A DNA stretch of 64,000 nt from Trueperaceae bacterium (GCA_965213925.1 OZ243927.1:2912001-2976000), one strand, 5' to 3'. Positions 7,704-17,538 are shown, counted from the first letter of the stretch. Notes: generated from the letters alone by a model not told the origin. Numbers and translations: made by a program.

Positions 7704-8101
7704 GCCTGGTTTTAGATACGAGCGCTGTCCTCGCTTTCCTTAACCGTGCCGACGTAGACCATACACGTGTGCGAGAGGTACTTTTAGAGGAGCGCGAGTT
7801 GCTGGTTGTTCCTGTCGGCATTATGGCTGAGATTGGTTACTTGGTAGAGACGAGGCTGGGGCAGCGTGTTTTAAGCCTCTTTTTGCAAGATATTGCTGAA
7901 GGTCATTTCATGTTGGACTGTGGGCTCGAGGATATGTCGCGGGTACAAGCCCTCGTCGAGCGTTACGCGGACATGTCTTTAGGCTACGCCGACGCGGTTG
8001 TGATCGCTTGCACTGAACGCTCGGGGCTGAGAATTATCAGCTTAGATAGACGGCACCTTAATGTTGTCAACCGGGAGATTCAGTTCGAGCTATTGCCTTG
8101 A
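7688..8101 (+). CDS. VapC-like PIN-domain toxin, cassette 6
   Basis: VLDTSAVLAF...D..H...E...LGYADA......ISLDRRH; the true start may be TTG at 7700. Confidence 0.9.
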   Translation: MAGALSLVLDTSAVLAFLNRADVDHTRVREVLLEERELLVVPVGIMAEIGYLVETRLGQRVLSLFLQDIAEGHFMLDCGLEDMSRVQALVERYADMSLGYADAVVIACTERSGLRIISLDRRHLNVVNREIQFELLP

Positions 8102-8107
8102 GATTCG

Positions 8108-8222
8108 CTTATCTTCATCCGGGCGGCTTCTTTAGCCGCCTTTTTCCTCTGCTTTCAGCCGCTACCAGGCGTGCTATCCTAAGCGTCTGAGCACGCCCAA
8201 GCGAAGTGCGGTAGAGCCTGAA
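8108..8222 (+). repeat. Array repeat R7
   Basis: CCGGGCGGCTTCTTTAGCCGCCTTTTTC at 8119...GCGTGCTATCCTAAGCGTCTGAGCACG. Confidence 0.9.
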
Positions 8223-8320
8223 TATATTACGGACCATAAAGGTCGCAAGACCAGGGTCGTTTTGCCTATCGAGGTGTTCGAGGAACTCCTCGAAGACCTG
8301 CTTGACCTCTCAGTTACAGC
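8187..8320 (+). pseudogene. Degenerate copy of the cassette 1/6 antitoxin, with no toxin
   Basis: CTG replaces ATG at 8187; reads STPKRSAVEPEYITDHKGRKTRVVLPIEVFEELLEDLLDL and then diverges. Confidence 0.75.
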
Positions 8321-8514
8321 AGGAGATTTTGGAGCGAGCACAAGAGGTCAAGGCGCGGTTGGAAAGAGGAGGGCTACAAGCTATTTCGGCTCAGAGCGTT
8401 TGGAACGGCTCGAGCAAAAACTCGCCGCGCTCTATAACTCGAGCCGTATTCCTCAATACGTTTTTTCTTCCTCCCTGACGCTAAGGTACAAAAGACAAAC
8501 TAAAAGGAGGAAGT

Positions 8515-9495
8515 ATGTTTAACACGAAGACAGACGCGAAACGGTCCTTGTCCCGCCGGAAGCTCCTCAAAGGATTAGGCGCAGGTGCCATCGGCGTAAG
8601 CCTCGGTCATTTGAGCGTCGTGCGCGCGCAAGATACGGGCGGCTCGCAGACGGGTGGCGCGGCTGGAACCTCTAGCCCCTCTCTCCCCCTCGCTCTGCAA
8701 CGCTTCGACCTCGGCGACACCCGAGTTACTGTGTTCCAGGAGGCTGTTCTGGAGTTGCAGCCGTCGATGCTGGGTGCAGGCGGCGGCGCGTCCGAAGGTG
8801 CGGTCAGCGACCTCTTGAGTCAGTACAACTTGCCCACCGACGTGGTCCGCGCGACAGCCAACGTGATGCTTCTGGATAGGGGCGGCGAGCGCATCCTCAT
8901 CGATACGGGCACGGGGCAGAACCTCGTCCCGACCTTGGAGGCTATCGGCGTGTCGCCTAGTGACATTAACTATGTAATTATCTCGCACTATCACGGCGAC
9001 CACATCTCGGGCATGTCAAGTGACGGCGCGTTGACTTTCCCGAACGCTATGCACTATATCTCGCAGGCGGAGTGGGATTTTTTGCAGGGCGCACCCGCAG
9101 ATAACGACGGCGCACAAACCGCGTTGGACAAACTACAACCCGCGGTAGACGCGGACCAGCTCTCCCGCTTCGGCGGTGGCGACGAGGTCGTGAGCGGCGT
9201 GCAGGCGGTAGAGGCGTTCGGTCACACGCCGGGGCACATGAATTTCCTCATTAGCTCAGGCGATGAAAGCGTTTTACACATCGCCGACACCGCTGTCCAC
9301 GCGCTCGTGTCGCCCCTACACCCCGACTGGGCGTTCGCCTTCGACGGCGATTCCGAGAGAGCCGCTGAGACACGCCGTGAGATTTTGAACCGAGCCTCGA
9401 GCGAAGGCACGCGCATCTTTGCCTACCACTTCGCCTTTCCCGGTCTGGGCTACATTGCGCAAGAGGGCGAGGAATTCAGGTTCACGCCCGCGTAA
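8515..9495 (+). CDS. Tat-exported metallo-beta-lactamase-fold hydrolase (MPH/OPHC2/AHL-lactonase-like)
   Basis: SRRKLLK Tat motif; SHYHGDH, GHTPGH and YHFAFPG motifs. Confidence 0.85.
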   Translation: MFNTKTDAKRSLSRRKLLKGLGAGAIGVSLGHLSVVRAQDTGGSQTGGAAGTSSPSLPLALQRFDLGDTRVTVFQEAVLELQPSMLGAGGGASEGAVSDLLSQYNLPTDVVRATANVMLLDRGGERILIDTGTGQNLVPTLEAIGVSPSDINYVIISHYHGDHISGMSSDGALTFPNAMHYISQAEWDFLQGAPADNDGAQTALDKLQPAVDADQLSRFGGGDEVVSGVQAVEAFGHTPGHMNFLISSGDESVLHIADTAVHALVSPLHPDWAFAFDGDSERAAETRREILNRASSEGTRIFAYHFAFPGLGYIAQEGEEFRFTPA

Positions 9496-9631
9496 GGGCG
9501 GTTATCAGTAGTCAGAATTCAGTAGTCAGCTCAAAAGACGCTAATGAATTCTGACTACTATCTACTGACTTCTATTTTCTCAGTGAGCGTTTCACCAGAA
9601 CAATGGCGCTGCCCTGCTACGATAGCCTCTC

Positions 9632-10741
9632 ATGGACGCGCTACGGGCTTTTCTCTCCCTTTCGTTTACCCCTGGTTTGGGTCCACGCAAAATCAAGGTG
9701 CTCACGGAACACTTTGGCGGCGCAGTGGCAGTTTGGGAGGCGGAACCAGAGGCGCTGCGAGAGGTCGAGGGCGTTGGTCCTAAGCTGATTCAGTCACTTT
9801 TGAAGGCGAGAGACTCAGCAAAAATCAGCGAAGAGGTCGAGAAAGAGTTGGAGCGCGCGGAACGCTCGAACGTTGCGCTGCTGCACCTCGAGCACCCCGC
9901 CTACCCCGAACCTTTACGAAACGTCTACGACCCGCCCCCTCTCATCTATGTGCGCGGCACCTTGCCGAAGGTGCTCGCGCAGAATAAAGCCGTCGGTATT
10001 GTCGGCACGAGGAACGCGAGTCAATACGCGCTTCATCTTAGTTTGAACGTTAGCAAAGAGTTGGCCCTGGCAGGCGTCGCCGTCGTCTCCGGCTTAGCGC
10101 TCGGCGTGGACAGCGCCGCGCATAAGGGCGCAGTGCAGACTGAAAACGGGCAGACCGTCGCAGTGCTGGGTTCCGGCGTGGACGTCATCTATCCGCGTCA
10201 AAATCAGCGTTTAGCCGAAGAGATTTTAGAGGGTCACGGCGCAGTGGTGAGCGAATACCGAATCGGCAGCGGTCCGCGTGCCACGAACTTTCCGGCGAGA
10301 AATAGAATTATCAATGGACTTTCAAAAGGTGTTTTGGTTGTAGAGGGCGGGCTTAAATCGGGCGCACTCATTACAGCAGAGTTTGCGCTCGAGGAAGGGC
10401 GCTCGGTTTTCGCCATACCCGGCAGAGTTGGCGACAGTAAAGCCGAGGGAACTTTGGCGCTCCTCAAACAAGGCGCAGTGATGGTGCAGAGCGCCGCCGA
10501 CCTCTTACGAGAGTTCGGCTGGCGCGAAGCGGGTGCGAAAAACGCTGTTTCGCTGACCTCTTTAGAGGAGCCGGGGCGCAGCCTCGTTCAAACGATTCAA
10601 GAGCGCGGTTCTCCCCTACTCGATGATCTAATAAGCGCAACGGGTAAAACGACCGCCGACCTCTTGCCGACGCTGATGCTTTTAGAACTCCAAGGCGTCG
10701 TGAAGCAGCTTCCTGGCGGCAGGTACATCAGCTTGATTTGA
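9632..10741 (+). CDS. dprA: DNA-processing protein DprA
   Basis: DPPPLIYVRG, IVGTR, VSGLALGVD, FPARNRIINGLS, SGALITA; C-terminal winged helix. Confidence 0.95.
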   Translation: MDALRAFLSLSFTPGLGPRKIKVLTEHFGGAVAVWEAEPEALREVEGVGPKLIQSLLKARDSAKISEEVEKELERAERSNVALLHLEHPAYPEPLRNVYDPPPLIYVRGTLPKVLAQNKAVGIVGTRNASQYALHLSLNVSKELALAGVAVVSGLALGVDSAAHKGAVQTENGQTVAVLGSGVDVIYPRQNQRLAEEILEGHGAVVSEYRIGSGPRATNFPARNRIINGLSKGVLVVEGGLKSGALITAEFALEEGRSVFAIPGRVGDSKAEGTLALLKQGAVMVQSAADLLREFGWREAGAKNAVSLTSLEEPGRSLVQTIQERGSPLLDDLISATGKTTADLLPTLMLLELQGVVKQLPGGRYISLI

Positions 10742-10744
10742 GGA

Positions 10745-10889
10745 TACGCTACACTAAAGTCACTACAGAAACGCTCTTCGCGACTTGATCTATACTTGCT
10801 AGACCTTTTAATTGAAAGAGACGATGCAGCGTGCGAAGAGGTTGAGAGGCGAACGTTGTAGGGGTGGGTTTCAAACCCACCCCACCCGT
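10745..10889 (-). repeat. GTAG-type REP palindrome with tail (family B)
   Basis: GTAGGGGTGGGTTTCAAACCCACCC at 10858; flank resembles 54523-54655 in reverse. Confidence 0.6.
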
Positions 10890-10942
10890 TTTTCATATGT
10901 CGCGCACTCTATCTTGGAAGCACATGACAACACGGTCTAGTC

Positions 10943-12775
10943 TCAAAGAGTGTGAAGGACGAGACTCGAGTATTGAGGTAAGCGTAGCTCGAGCGTTCCT
11001 TTTTCAGTTTCAACCTCTTGCTTATCGAGTAGAGAGGTCAACGTCGCGCTATCCAAACCCAACTTCCACACAGGCAACGCCACCTCGACCTCTTCGCCTC
11101 GGTTCACCGCCGCGATGACGACATCCTCGCCCAAGACCCTCGCAAACGCATACACGTCACCTCTTGCGTAAAGCGTCACCAACGCGCCCTGCTGCAAGAC
11201 TCTATGCTCTTTCCGAAAGGCAATAAGGGTTTGACAGTGACCTCTTAGGTCTTCGTCCCACTGACCTTCATCCCAAGGGAAGGTGCGGCGGCAGTCTGGA
11301 TCACGACCACCCTCGACGCCAACCTCGTCACCATAGTAAACACACGGCACACCGATATAAGTAAAGAGTAGCGTCACCGCCGCTTTCATGAGACCCTTGT
11401 CGCCCTTCACTTGCGTTAAAAAGCGCGGCGTGTCGTGCGAGCCTAAGAGGTTGAACTGCGAGAGCTGAATCTCGAAGGGGAGGCGAGCGCGGGAGCGGGT
11501 CATGACCTTGTCTAATGTCTGCGCGTCGACTTTGACCGGATGACCCTTGTGGTCGGTTTCGGCGAAGAACGCCCAGAGCGGGCGGGCGAAGCCGTCGTAG
11601 TTCATCGCGGCGTCCTCTTGGTCGCCTTGCAGCCACTTCGTCGCTTCGTAGAAGTGTTCACCTAACACGTATGCTTCGGAGTTCTCTTCGCGCAACGTCT
11701 GGCGGAAATGGCGCACGTATTCGGCATTTTTCGCCGCGCCGGAGCCCTCGCCCAACATGTGCAGCACGTCGAAGCGCCAGCCGTCGATTTCGTAAGGCGG
11801 TTTGAGCCAGTAGCGCAACACGGCGTCGTCGGCTTCGTAGATGCGCTCGCGCAGTTCAGGGGCGCTGTAGTCGAGCGTGGGGAGCGTTTTAACGCCGATC
11901 CAACCGTGATACGACTCGGGGTCGTCTTCGTCGTAAAAGGTGTAGAAGTTTCGCGTCTGCGCCTCTTTCGAGCCGTACGCGCCCGCCTCTTCGTATTCGT
12001 CGTAACGGTCGAACCAGGGGTGACGTTCGGAGGTGTGGTTGATGACAGCGTCTAGGATGACGCGCATGTCGCGCTCTTTCAGCTCGGAGCAGAGTTCGGC
12101 AAACTCTTCGTTCGTACCGAAGTGCGGGTCCACGTTGAGATAGTCCACGGTGTCGTACTTGTGTGACGAAGGTGAAACGAAGATAGGGTTCAAGTAGAGC
12201 GCCGTGACGCCCAAATCCTCCAAGTAAGGCAACTTCTGACGAATACCCGCTAGGTCGCCACCATAGAACTCACGCGGTCCCTGTGAACGTTCGGGCAGTT
12301 CGCCCCATTCCTTCGCGACGACGGGCTCGCCTTCGTAGAGGTATTCGCCGTCCGTGACGTTGTTGCTGGGGTCGCCGTCAGAAAAGCGCTCGGGGAAAAT
12401 CTGGTAGAAGACCGACGACCAGACCCAGCGGGCGGGCTCATACGCCGGATTAAGACGAAAGTGCACGTCGCGCTCGGGGAAGTACGGTGAGACGCCATCT
12501 TGCGCGAGCCAGAATTGCCGTCCGTCCACGATGAACTTAAAGGCGTAGAGCGTGAGCTGTTCCGCTGGGTTGAGACGCAGTTCGCCCTCGTAAAAGGTCC
12601 ATGCGCCCTCCTTTTTCTGCAAGTTAAGCGGGCTCAAAAATTCTTCATTGTCGGGCTCGCTGCGTACCCAAGCGGACTCAATGGTGAGGTTGCGCGGAAC
12701 TTGGAGGGTGACGCGCCACTTCTCATTTTGCTCCGTGAGACCTTCGGCGGGGGAGTGAAAGGCGAAAATGTCCAT
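10943..12775 (-). CDS. malZ: Maltodextrin glucosidase / neopullulanase-like GH13 enzyme
   Basis: FYQIFPERF, SHKYDT, DAVINH, DGWRFDV, LGSHDTPR; start taken at MDIFAFH. Confidence 0.85.
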   Translation of the reverse strand: MDIFAFHSPAEGLTEQNEKWRVTLQVPRNLTIESAWVRSEPDNEEFLSPLNLQKKEGAWTFYEGELRLNPAEQLTLYAFKFIVDGRQFWLAQDGVSPYFPERDVHFRLNPAYEPARWVWSSVFYQIFPERFSDGDPSNNVTDGEYLYEGEPVVAKEWGELPERSQGPREFYGGDLAGIRQKLPYLEDLGVTALYLNPIFVSPSSHKYDTVDYLNVDPHFGTNEEFAELCSELKERDMRVILDAVINHTSERHPWFDRYDEYEEAGAYGSKEAQTRNFYTFYDEDDPESYHGWIGVKTLPTLDYSAPELRERIYEADDAVLRYWLKPPYEIDGWRFDVLHMLGEGSGAAKNAEYVRHFRQTLREENSEAYVLGEHFYEATKWLQGDQEDAAMNYDGFARPLWAFFAETDHKGHPVKVDAQTLDKVMTRSRARLPFEIQLSQFNLLGSHDTPRFLTQVKGDKGLMKAAVTLLFTYIGVPCVYYGDEVGVEGGRDPDCRRTFPWDEGQWDEDLRGHCQTLIAFRKEHRVLQQGALVTLYARGDVYAFARVLGEDVVIAAVNRGEEVEVALPVWKLGLDSATLTSLLDKQEVETEKGTLELRLPQYSSLVLHTL

Positions 12776-13123
12776 GCGGGTTAAGCTAACACACCTAGAA
12801 GCGCGAGCGTGAAAGGGAACTGAAAGAAGTGTGAAGCCGAAGCTTCCCAGCAACCCATGTGAAAGGCTGGACAACCTATCTGGGGCACGGTAAACTGCGC
12901 GTAGCAACACAGCTCGAGAGTCGTCTCAGTACACAGGTTCGCTGATTCGTAGAGCGCTCTGATGTAGCGCTGTAACAGTTTGCGGCTTTTTGAATGGGAC
13001 TCGAGGCAGAAAAACGATTCGTACAGATTTGGATACTTCTTTATACACGAAGTATCGGACCTGTCGGACACAGCTTAAACCAGGTAAACCAAAGAAAGAC
13101 CACGCTTTAAGAAAGGACGTTAG

Positions 13124-14311
13124 ATGAACAAACTTTTAGCACTTCTCCTCACCGCTTCTCTCATGTTGGGCGGAGCGTTCGCGCAGCAGCCCGTCACCGT
13201 CTGGACGCACTTGGGGAACACCGACCTCGAGTGGCTTCAAGGTCAAGCCGCCTCCTTCGAGGAGAATTTCGGCGTGCCCGTGCAGATTACCCGCATCGAC
13301 TTAGGCGAAATTAAACAGAAGATGCTCCTCTCCGCCCCTGAGGGCGAAGCAGCGGACTTGGTCGGACCCATTCCCCATGACCAAATCGGCGAGATGGCGG
13401 CGGGCGGCGTTCTAGCCGACATGAGCCAGTTCTCCACCGAGCAGTACCGCGAAGACCTCTCGGAGCAGGCGCTCTTAGCCTTTACCTTCAACAACCGCCT
13501 CTTCGGGCTGCCCATGTACGTCGAGGGTCCCGCGCTCATCGTCAACACCGACCTCGTCTCGGAGATGCCCCAAAACTTCGAGGACTTCGTCAGCCAAGCG
13601 GAGAGTTTGACGGGTGAGGGTAACTTCGGCTTTCTCTACGACATCGAGGACTTCTACTTCTCGTACGTCTGGATCAACAGCTTAGGCGGCTACGTCTTTG
13701 ACCGCACCGAAGAGGGCGACTTGGAACCCAGCGATTTAGGACTCGCCAACGAAGGCGCAGTCGAAGGCGCGACGCTCATGCGCTCCTTTCAGCATGAGTA
13801 CGGTCTCATTCCTGCCGACACGGAACTCGAGGTTGCCGAAGGTCTCTTTTTCGACGGCAAAGCCGCAATGATTTACGACGGTCCCTGGATGATCTCGAAC
13901 GTCCCCGATAACGTGCCGATTCAGGTCATGCCGATTCCTGCGATGGCGGACGGCACCGAATTCAACGGCTTCATGGGCGTGCAAGGCATCCTGATGAACG
14001 AATTTAGCCAGAACAAAACCACGGCTGCAAATTTCGCCAAGTGGGTTACGCGCCCCGAAGCGCAGATCGACCTCGCGAACCGTAGCGGGCGCATCCCCTC
14101 GTCCCAAGCGGCTGCCGAGCAGGTTTCGGACGACCCCGTGATCGCCGGCTTTGCCGAAGCGCTAGCGAACGCCGTGCCGATGCCCAACATCCCCGAAATG
14201 GGCAACGTCTGGGAGCCGATGGCGTCTGCGCTGTCCGTTATTTTAGAGAGCCCGGACAGCAACGTCGAAGCGGCGCTCAACAACGCGGTTAGCGAAATTC
14301 AGGGGAACTAA
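13124..14311 (+). CDS. malE: Maltose/maltodextrin ABC substrate-binding protein
   Basis: Signal peptide; PHDQIG, GKAAMIYDGPW, PMPNIPEMGNVW. Confidence 0.9.
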   Translation: MNKLLALLLTASLMLGGAFAQQPVTVWTHLGNTDLEWLQGQAASFEENFGVPVQITRIDLGEIKQKMLLSAPEGEAADLVGPIPHDQIGEMAAGGVLADMSQFSTEQYREDLSEQALLAFTFNNRLFGLPMYVEGPALIVNTDLVSEMPQNFEDFVSQAESLTGEGNFGFLYDIEDFYFSYVWINSLGGYVFDRTEEGDLEPSDLGLANEGAVEGATLMRSFQHEYGLIPADTELEVAEGLFFDGKAAMIYDGPWMISNVPDNVPIQVMPIPAMADGTEFNGFMGVQGILMNEFSQNKTTAANFAKWVTRPEAQIDLANRSGRIPSSQAAAEQVSDDPVIAGFAEALANAVPMPNIPEMGNVWEPMASALSVILESPDSNVEAALNNAVSEIQGN

Positions 14312-14332
14312 AGCTGAAGAGCATCGCTGTTT

Positions 14333-14364
14333 GCGCCAGGAGTTAAACTCCTGGCGTTTTTGTT
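14333..14364 (+). terminator. Intrinsic terminator after malE
   Basis: GCGCCAGGAG-TTAAA-CTCCTGGCGT followed by TTTT. Confidence 0.8.
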
Positions 14365-14476
14365 AGACCTCTAAACGTACGGTATTTCTAAAAGATGAGA
14401 TAGAAGCGTTCCCTATTCTGCCTCGAGCAGTCGTTAGGCAAAACGCTCAACACAGCGTTAAATAAGTAATAAGCCG

Positions 14477-14606
14477 TGTCATTCTGAACGGAGCGATAGC
14501 GGAGTGAAAGAATCTCTGACCTTGCTGACTCCTCTTACTGAGATTGAAAGGCGAGACCCTTCAACAAGCTCAGGGTGACAACAGTATTGCAGAGTTTAGC
14601 TGACAG
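14477..14606 (+). repeat. Repeat family A copy
   Basis: TGTCATTCTGAAC...GTGAAAGAATCTCT...GAGACCC...GGGTGACAACAGT...TTTAGCTGACAG. Confidence 0.75.
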
Positions 14607-14635
14607 AATACTTCATGCAAAAGAGAGGAGTCTAC

Positions 14636-16255
14636 ATGGATATATCCCGCTCAATCAGCGACTTCTTGCCTAAGAAGTCGAGTAGCGTACAGGCGGGCTT
14701 ATGGCTCTCGCTGGCGCTGCTTACGCTCGCGATTACGGTAGGCATCTTAGGGGGCTTCGCGGGCTACTGGCTCTTGCAGCTTGTCGTGCCGGACGCACCC
14801 GTTTACACAAGCCTCGTTTTTGGCATCGTCACGCTCGTCTTAGCGCTTATCTTTATCGCGCAGCGCTTCGAGTGGATCATGCCTTGGTACTATCTGCTGC
14901 CCGCGATTTTATTTTTGCTGACGTTTACCTTTTTTCCGGTAATTCTCACGGTTGTTTTGGCGTTCACGGACTACGCGGGGGTGCGTAACGGGCAACTCAA
15001 TGTCTCTTCGACGTCAAATATTGCGAATGTCGAGGGCGACACGCTGACGCTCGAGAACCCCCGCGCCTTTAACTGCGGCGCGTTGCGAAACGGCTGTTCG
15101 GACGTGCGGGCAATCGTCTACGCCTCTGGTTCATTAGAGGTCGCGGGCTCGAGCTTAGAGGGCGAGACGCTCAGCCTGGAGTCCGAGATACCCGAAGATC
15201 GAGAAGTCAGAACGGCGACCTTTAGCGTGCAGGGGTTTCCTTTGGAGGTGACGGTGAGTAGCGCCGAGGGCGACACCCTGACCTTACAGGACATCCCTCC
15301 GATTCTCGCTAACGCCTCGCCTGACGCCGTGGACCTCAGCAGTGTGCGCCTCGCGCTCGACCGCACGGGCATCACACGCATGATGACAGGTAACGATGAA
15401 AACTCTGTCACCCTCGCCGAACCGCTGCCCGAGGGTTTAGCGCCCGAGTCCATCGCCCGCTTCAACGACTTCGGTTACGTCGGATGGAGCAACTTTCGTA
15501 CGATTTTAAGGCGAGCGAGCAGCACGCTCCTCCCTGTGTTCACCTGGAACGTCGCCTTCGCAACCTTGACCATGATCATCAACATCGCCGTTGGCGTCTT
15601 TTTGGCGGTACTCTTGAACAATCCCGAATTGCGCTTTCGCAACCTCTACCGCACGCTGCTCATTATTCCCTGGGCGCTGCCGCAAATCATCACGATCCAG
15701 GTGTGGAAGGGCTTTTTGAACACGAACTTTGGCGCAATCAACCGGAGCTTGGCGCTCTTGGATTTGCCCACCTTCAACTGGCTAGACGACCCGTACGGCG
15801 CAAAAGCGGCGATTCTTCTGGTCAACTTGTGGCTCGGCTTTCCCTTCATGATGACGGCGACGCTGGGCGCACTCTCCGCGATTCCCGGCGACCTCTACGA
15901 AGCCGCGAAGATCGACGGCGCGAATGCGTGGCGGCGCTTCACGGGCGTGACTGCGCCGCTTCTGCGCACCGCGCTCGTGCCGATTGCCTTGACGGGTTTC
16001 GCCTTTAACTTCAACAACTTCAACATCATCTACTTGCTCACCGACGGCGGTCCCTTCGTGGAGGGGTACACGTCTACGGCACGCTCTACGGACATCCTTA
16101 TCACTTGGGCGTACAACGAAGCGTTCCGGGCGCAAGGGGGCTACGCTTACGGGCTCGGCTCCGCCATCTCGCTGCTGATTTTCTTTATCACCATCGCGGT
16201 CAGCCTGGTGAATTTCCGCGTGACGGGCGCACTCGACGAGGAGACGAACGCATGA
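14636..16255 (+). CDS. malF: Maltose ABC permease with a large periplasmic loop
   Basis: LYEAAKIDGA EAA motif; FAFNFNNFNIIYLLT; GAGGAG RBS before ATG 14636. Confidence 0.9.
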   Translation: MDISRSISDFLPKKSSSVQAGLWLSLALLTLAITVGILGGFAGYWLLQLVVPDAPVYTSLVFGIVTLVLALIFIAQRFEWIMPWYYLLPAILFLLTFTFFPVILTVVLAFTDYAGVRNGQLNVSSTSNIANVEGDTLTLENPRAFNCGALRNGCSDVRAIVYASGSLEVAGSSLEGETLSLESEIPEDREVRTATFSVQGFPLEVTVSSAEGDTLTLQDIPPILANASPDAVDLSSVRLALDRTGITRMMTGNDENSVTLAEPLPEGLAPESIARFNDFGYVGWSNFRTILRRASSTLLPVFTWNVAFATLTMIINIAVGVFLAVLLNNPELRFRNLYRTLLIIPWALPQIITIQVWKGFLNTNFGAINRSLALLDLPTFNWLDDPYGAKAAILLVNLWLGFPFMMTATLGALSAIPGDLYEAAKIDGANAWRRFTGVTAPLLRTALVPIALTGFAFNFNNFNIIYLLTDGGPFVEGYTSTARSTDILITWAYNEAFRAQGGYAYGLGSAISLLIFFITIAVSLVNFRVTGALDEETNA

Positions 16256-17538
16256 CCTATCTAACACGCATTCTTCCCCTACTCAGCCTCTTGATTCTTT
16301 CCGTCGCCTCCGCTCAGGAGCGGCGCGGGCAGTTCTTGGTGATTCCTTACGGCTGGGCGTGGTTTTTGCTCGCGTTCGTGATCATCACAGGCGGCATCGG
16401 CGCGGCGGCGTACTTTTACGGACGCGCCACAAGACCCGCCAAAGCAGGGCAATACGCGTGGACGGCGGCGACACACATGTTCATCTGGGTGGCGCTCGTC
16501 CTGGTGCTCTATCCGGTGATCAATTTAGTCGCTGTGTCCTTTAGCCGCAACGACAACCTCCTCAGTGCGCCGCCAGATGAGGGCAACCTCTTGGTGAGGG
16601 CGGGCATCTTGCCCGACCCGTCGACCTTTTCGCTCGCTCAGTACCGCGATGTTCTGGGCGAAACGCACATCCTCTGGTATCAGTGGATTCTGATTGCGAT
16701 TTTCCTCCTCGCGATCATAGGTTTTATCGTGACGTCGCTCGGCAAGCGGGCGGGAAACGCGAAGCGCTTCGAGAGGCTCGAGACACCCCTTGGCTGGACG
16801 CTCTTCCTCTCGGCGGCGGTGCTCATTTTGAGCGTGACGCCCGAGCAGTTTTATAGCGTCACCGAAGGGGGGCAGCGCCAGCCCTCGGCGAGCAGCAAGA
16901 AGGTGGTGCTCTTTATCCGCAATACGCTGCTGGTCTCAGGCATCACCGGGCTTTTCGCGGTTGTGATTAGCACCACGGCGGGCTACGCCTTCGCTCGCAT
17001 GAAGTTCGAGGGGCGCTACCCGACGCTCTTAACCTTTGTATTCGTGCAGATGTTCCCTGCGTTCATGGCGATCGTCGCGCTCTTTTACCTGATGAATTTC
17101 TTGGGACTCTTAAACACCTTTACCGGCTTGATCTTAGCCTATTCAGGCGGCGCAATCGCCTTCTCCGCGTGGATTTTCAAAGGGTATTTGGAATCCATCA
17201 GTCCGAGTTTGGAAGAAGCGGCGATGGTGGACGGGGCGACGCGCTGGGGTGCGTTCTGGCGCATCATCTTACCTTTAAGCGTGCCGATGCTGCTCTTTAT
17301 CTTCTTGTTGCAGTTCATCAATACGTACAGCGAGTTCGTCATCGCGAATATCCTCCTGACCGGAGATGACCGCTGGACCATCGGCATCGGGCTGCGCAGC
17401 TTCAGCACGAACCAGTTCAACACGCAGTGGGGCAGGTTGGCGGCGAGTGCGGTCTTGGGGAGCTTGCCGATCCTCTTTATCTTCTACTCGTTCCAGGAGG
17501 CGTTTACGGGTCAAACGGAGGGGGGGGTGAAGGGATAA
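16252..17538 (+). CDS. malG: Maltose ABC permease
   Basis: SLEEAAMVDGAT; ATGA overlap with malF. Confidence 0.9.
   Translation: MTYLTRILPLLSLLILSVASAQERRGQFLVIPYGWAWFLLAFVIITGGIGAAAYFYGRATRPAKAGQYAWTAATHMFIWVALVLVLYPVINLVAVSFSRNDNLLSAPPDEGNLLVRAGILPDPSTFSLAQYRDVLGETHILWYQWILIAIFLLAIIGFIVTSLGKRAGNAKRFERLETPLGWTLFLSAAVLILSVTPEQFYSVTEGGQRQPSASSKKVVLFIRNTLLVSGITGLFAVVISTTAGYAFARMKFEGRYPTLLTFVFVQMFPAFMAIVALFYLMNFLGLLNTFTGLILAYSGGAIAFSAWIFKGYLESISPSLEEAAMVDGATRWGAFWRIILPLSVPMLLFIFLLQFINTYSEFVIANILLTGDDRWTIGIGLRSFSTNQFNTQWGRLAASAVLGSLPILFIFYSFQEAFTGQTEGGVKG

Noticed and set aside
3460..8222. CRISPR array interpretation of the repeats
   Set aside because: Intervals are 0.5-1 kb and protein-coding, repeats are long and degenerate, and no cas genes are present.
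3460..8222. Classical integron or CALIN
   Set aside because: No RYYYAAC...GTTRRRY ends, no full-length attC palindrome and no intI in the window; IntegronFinder should still be run.
8262..8522. 86-aa ORF as an intact gene
   Set aside because: Only its first ~20 codons match the antitoxin remnant; the rest looks like read-through.
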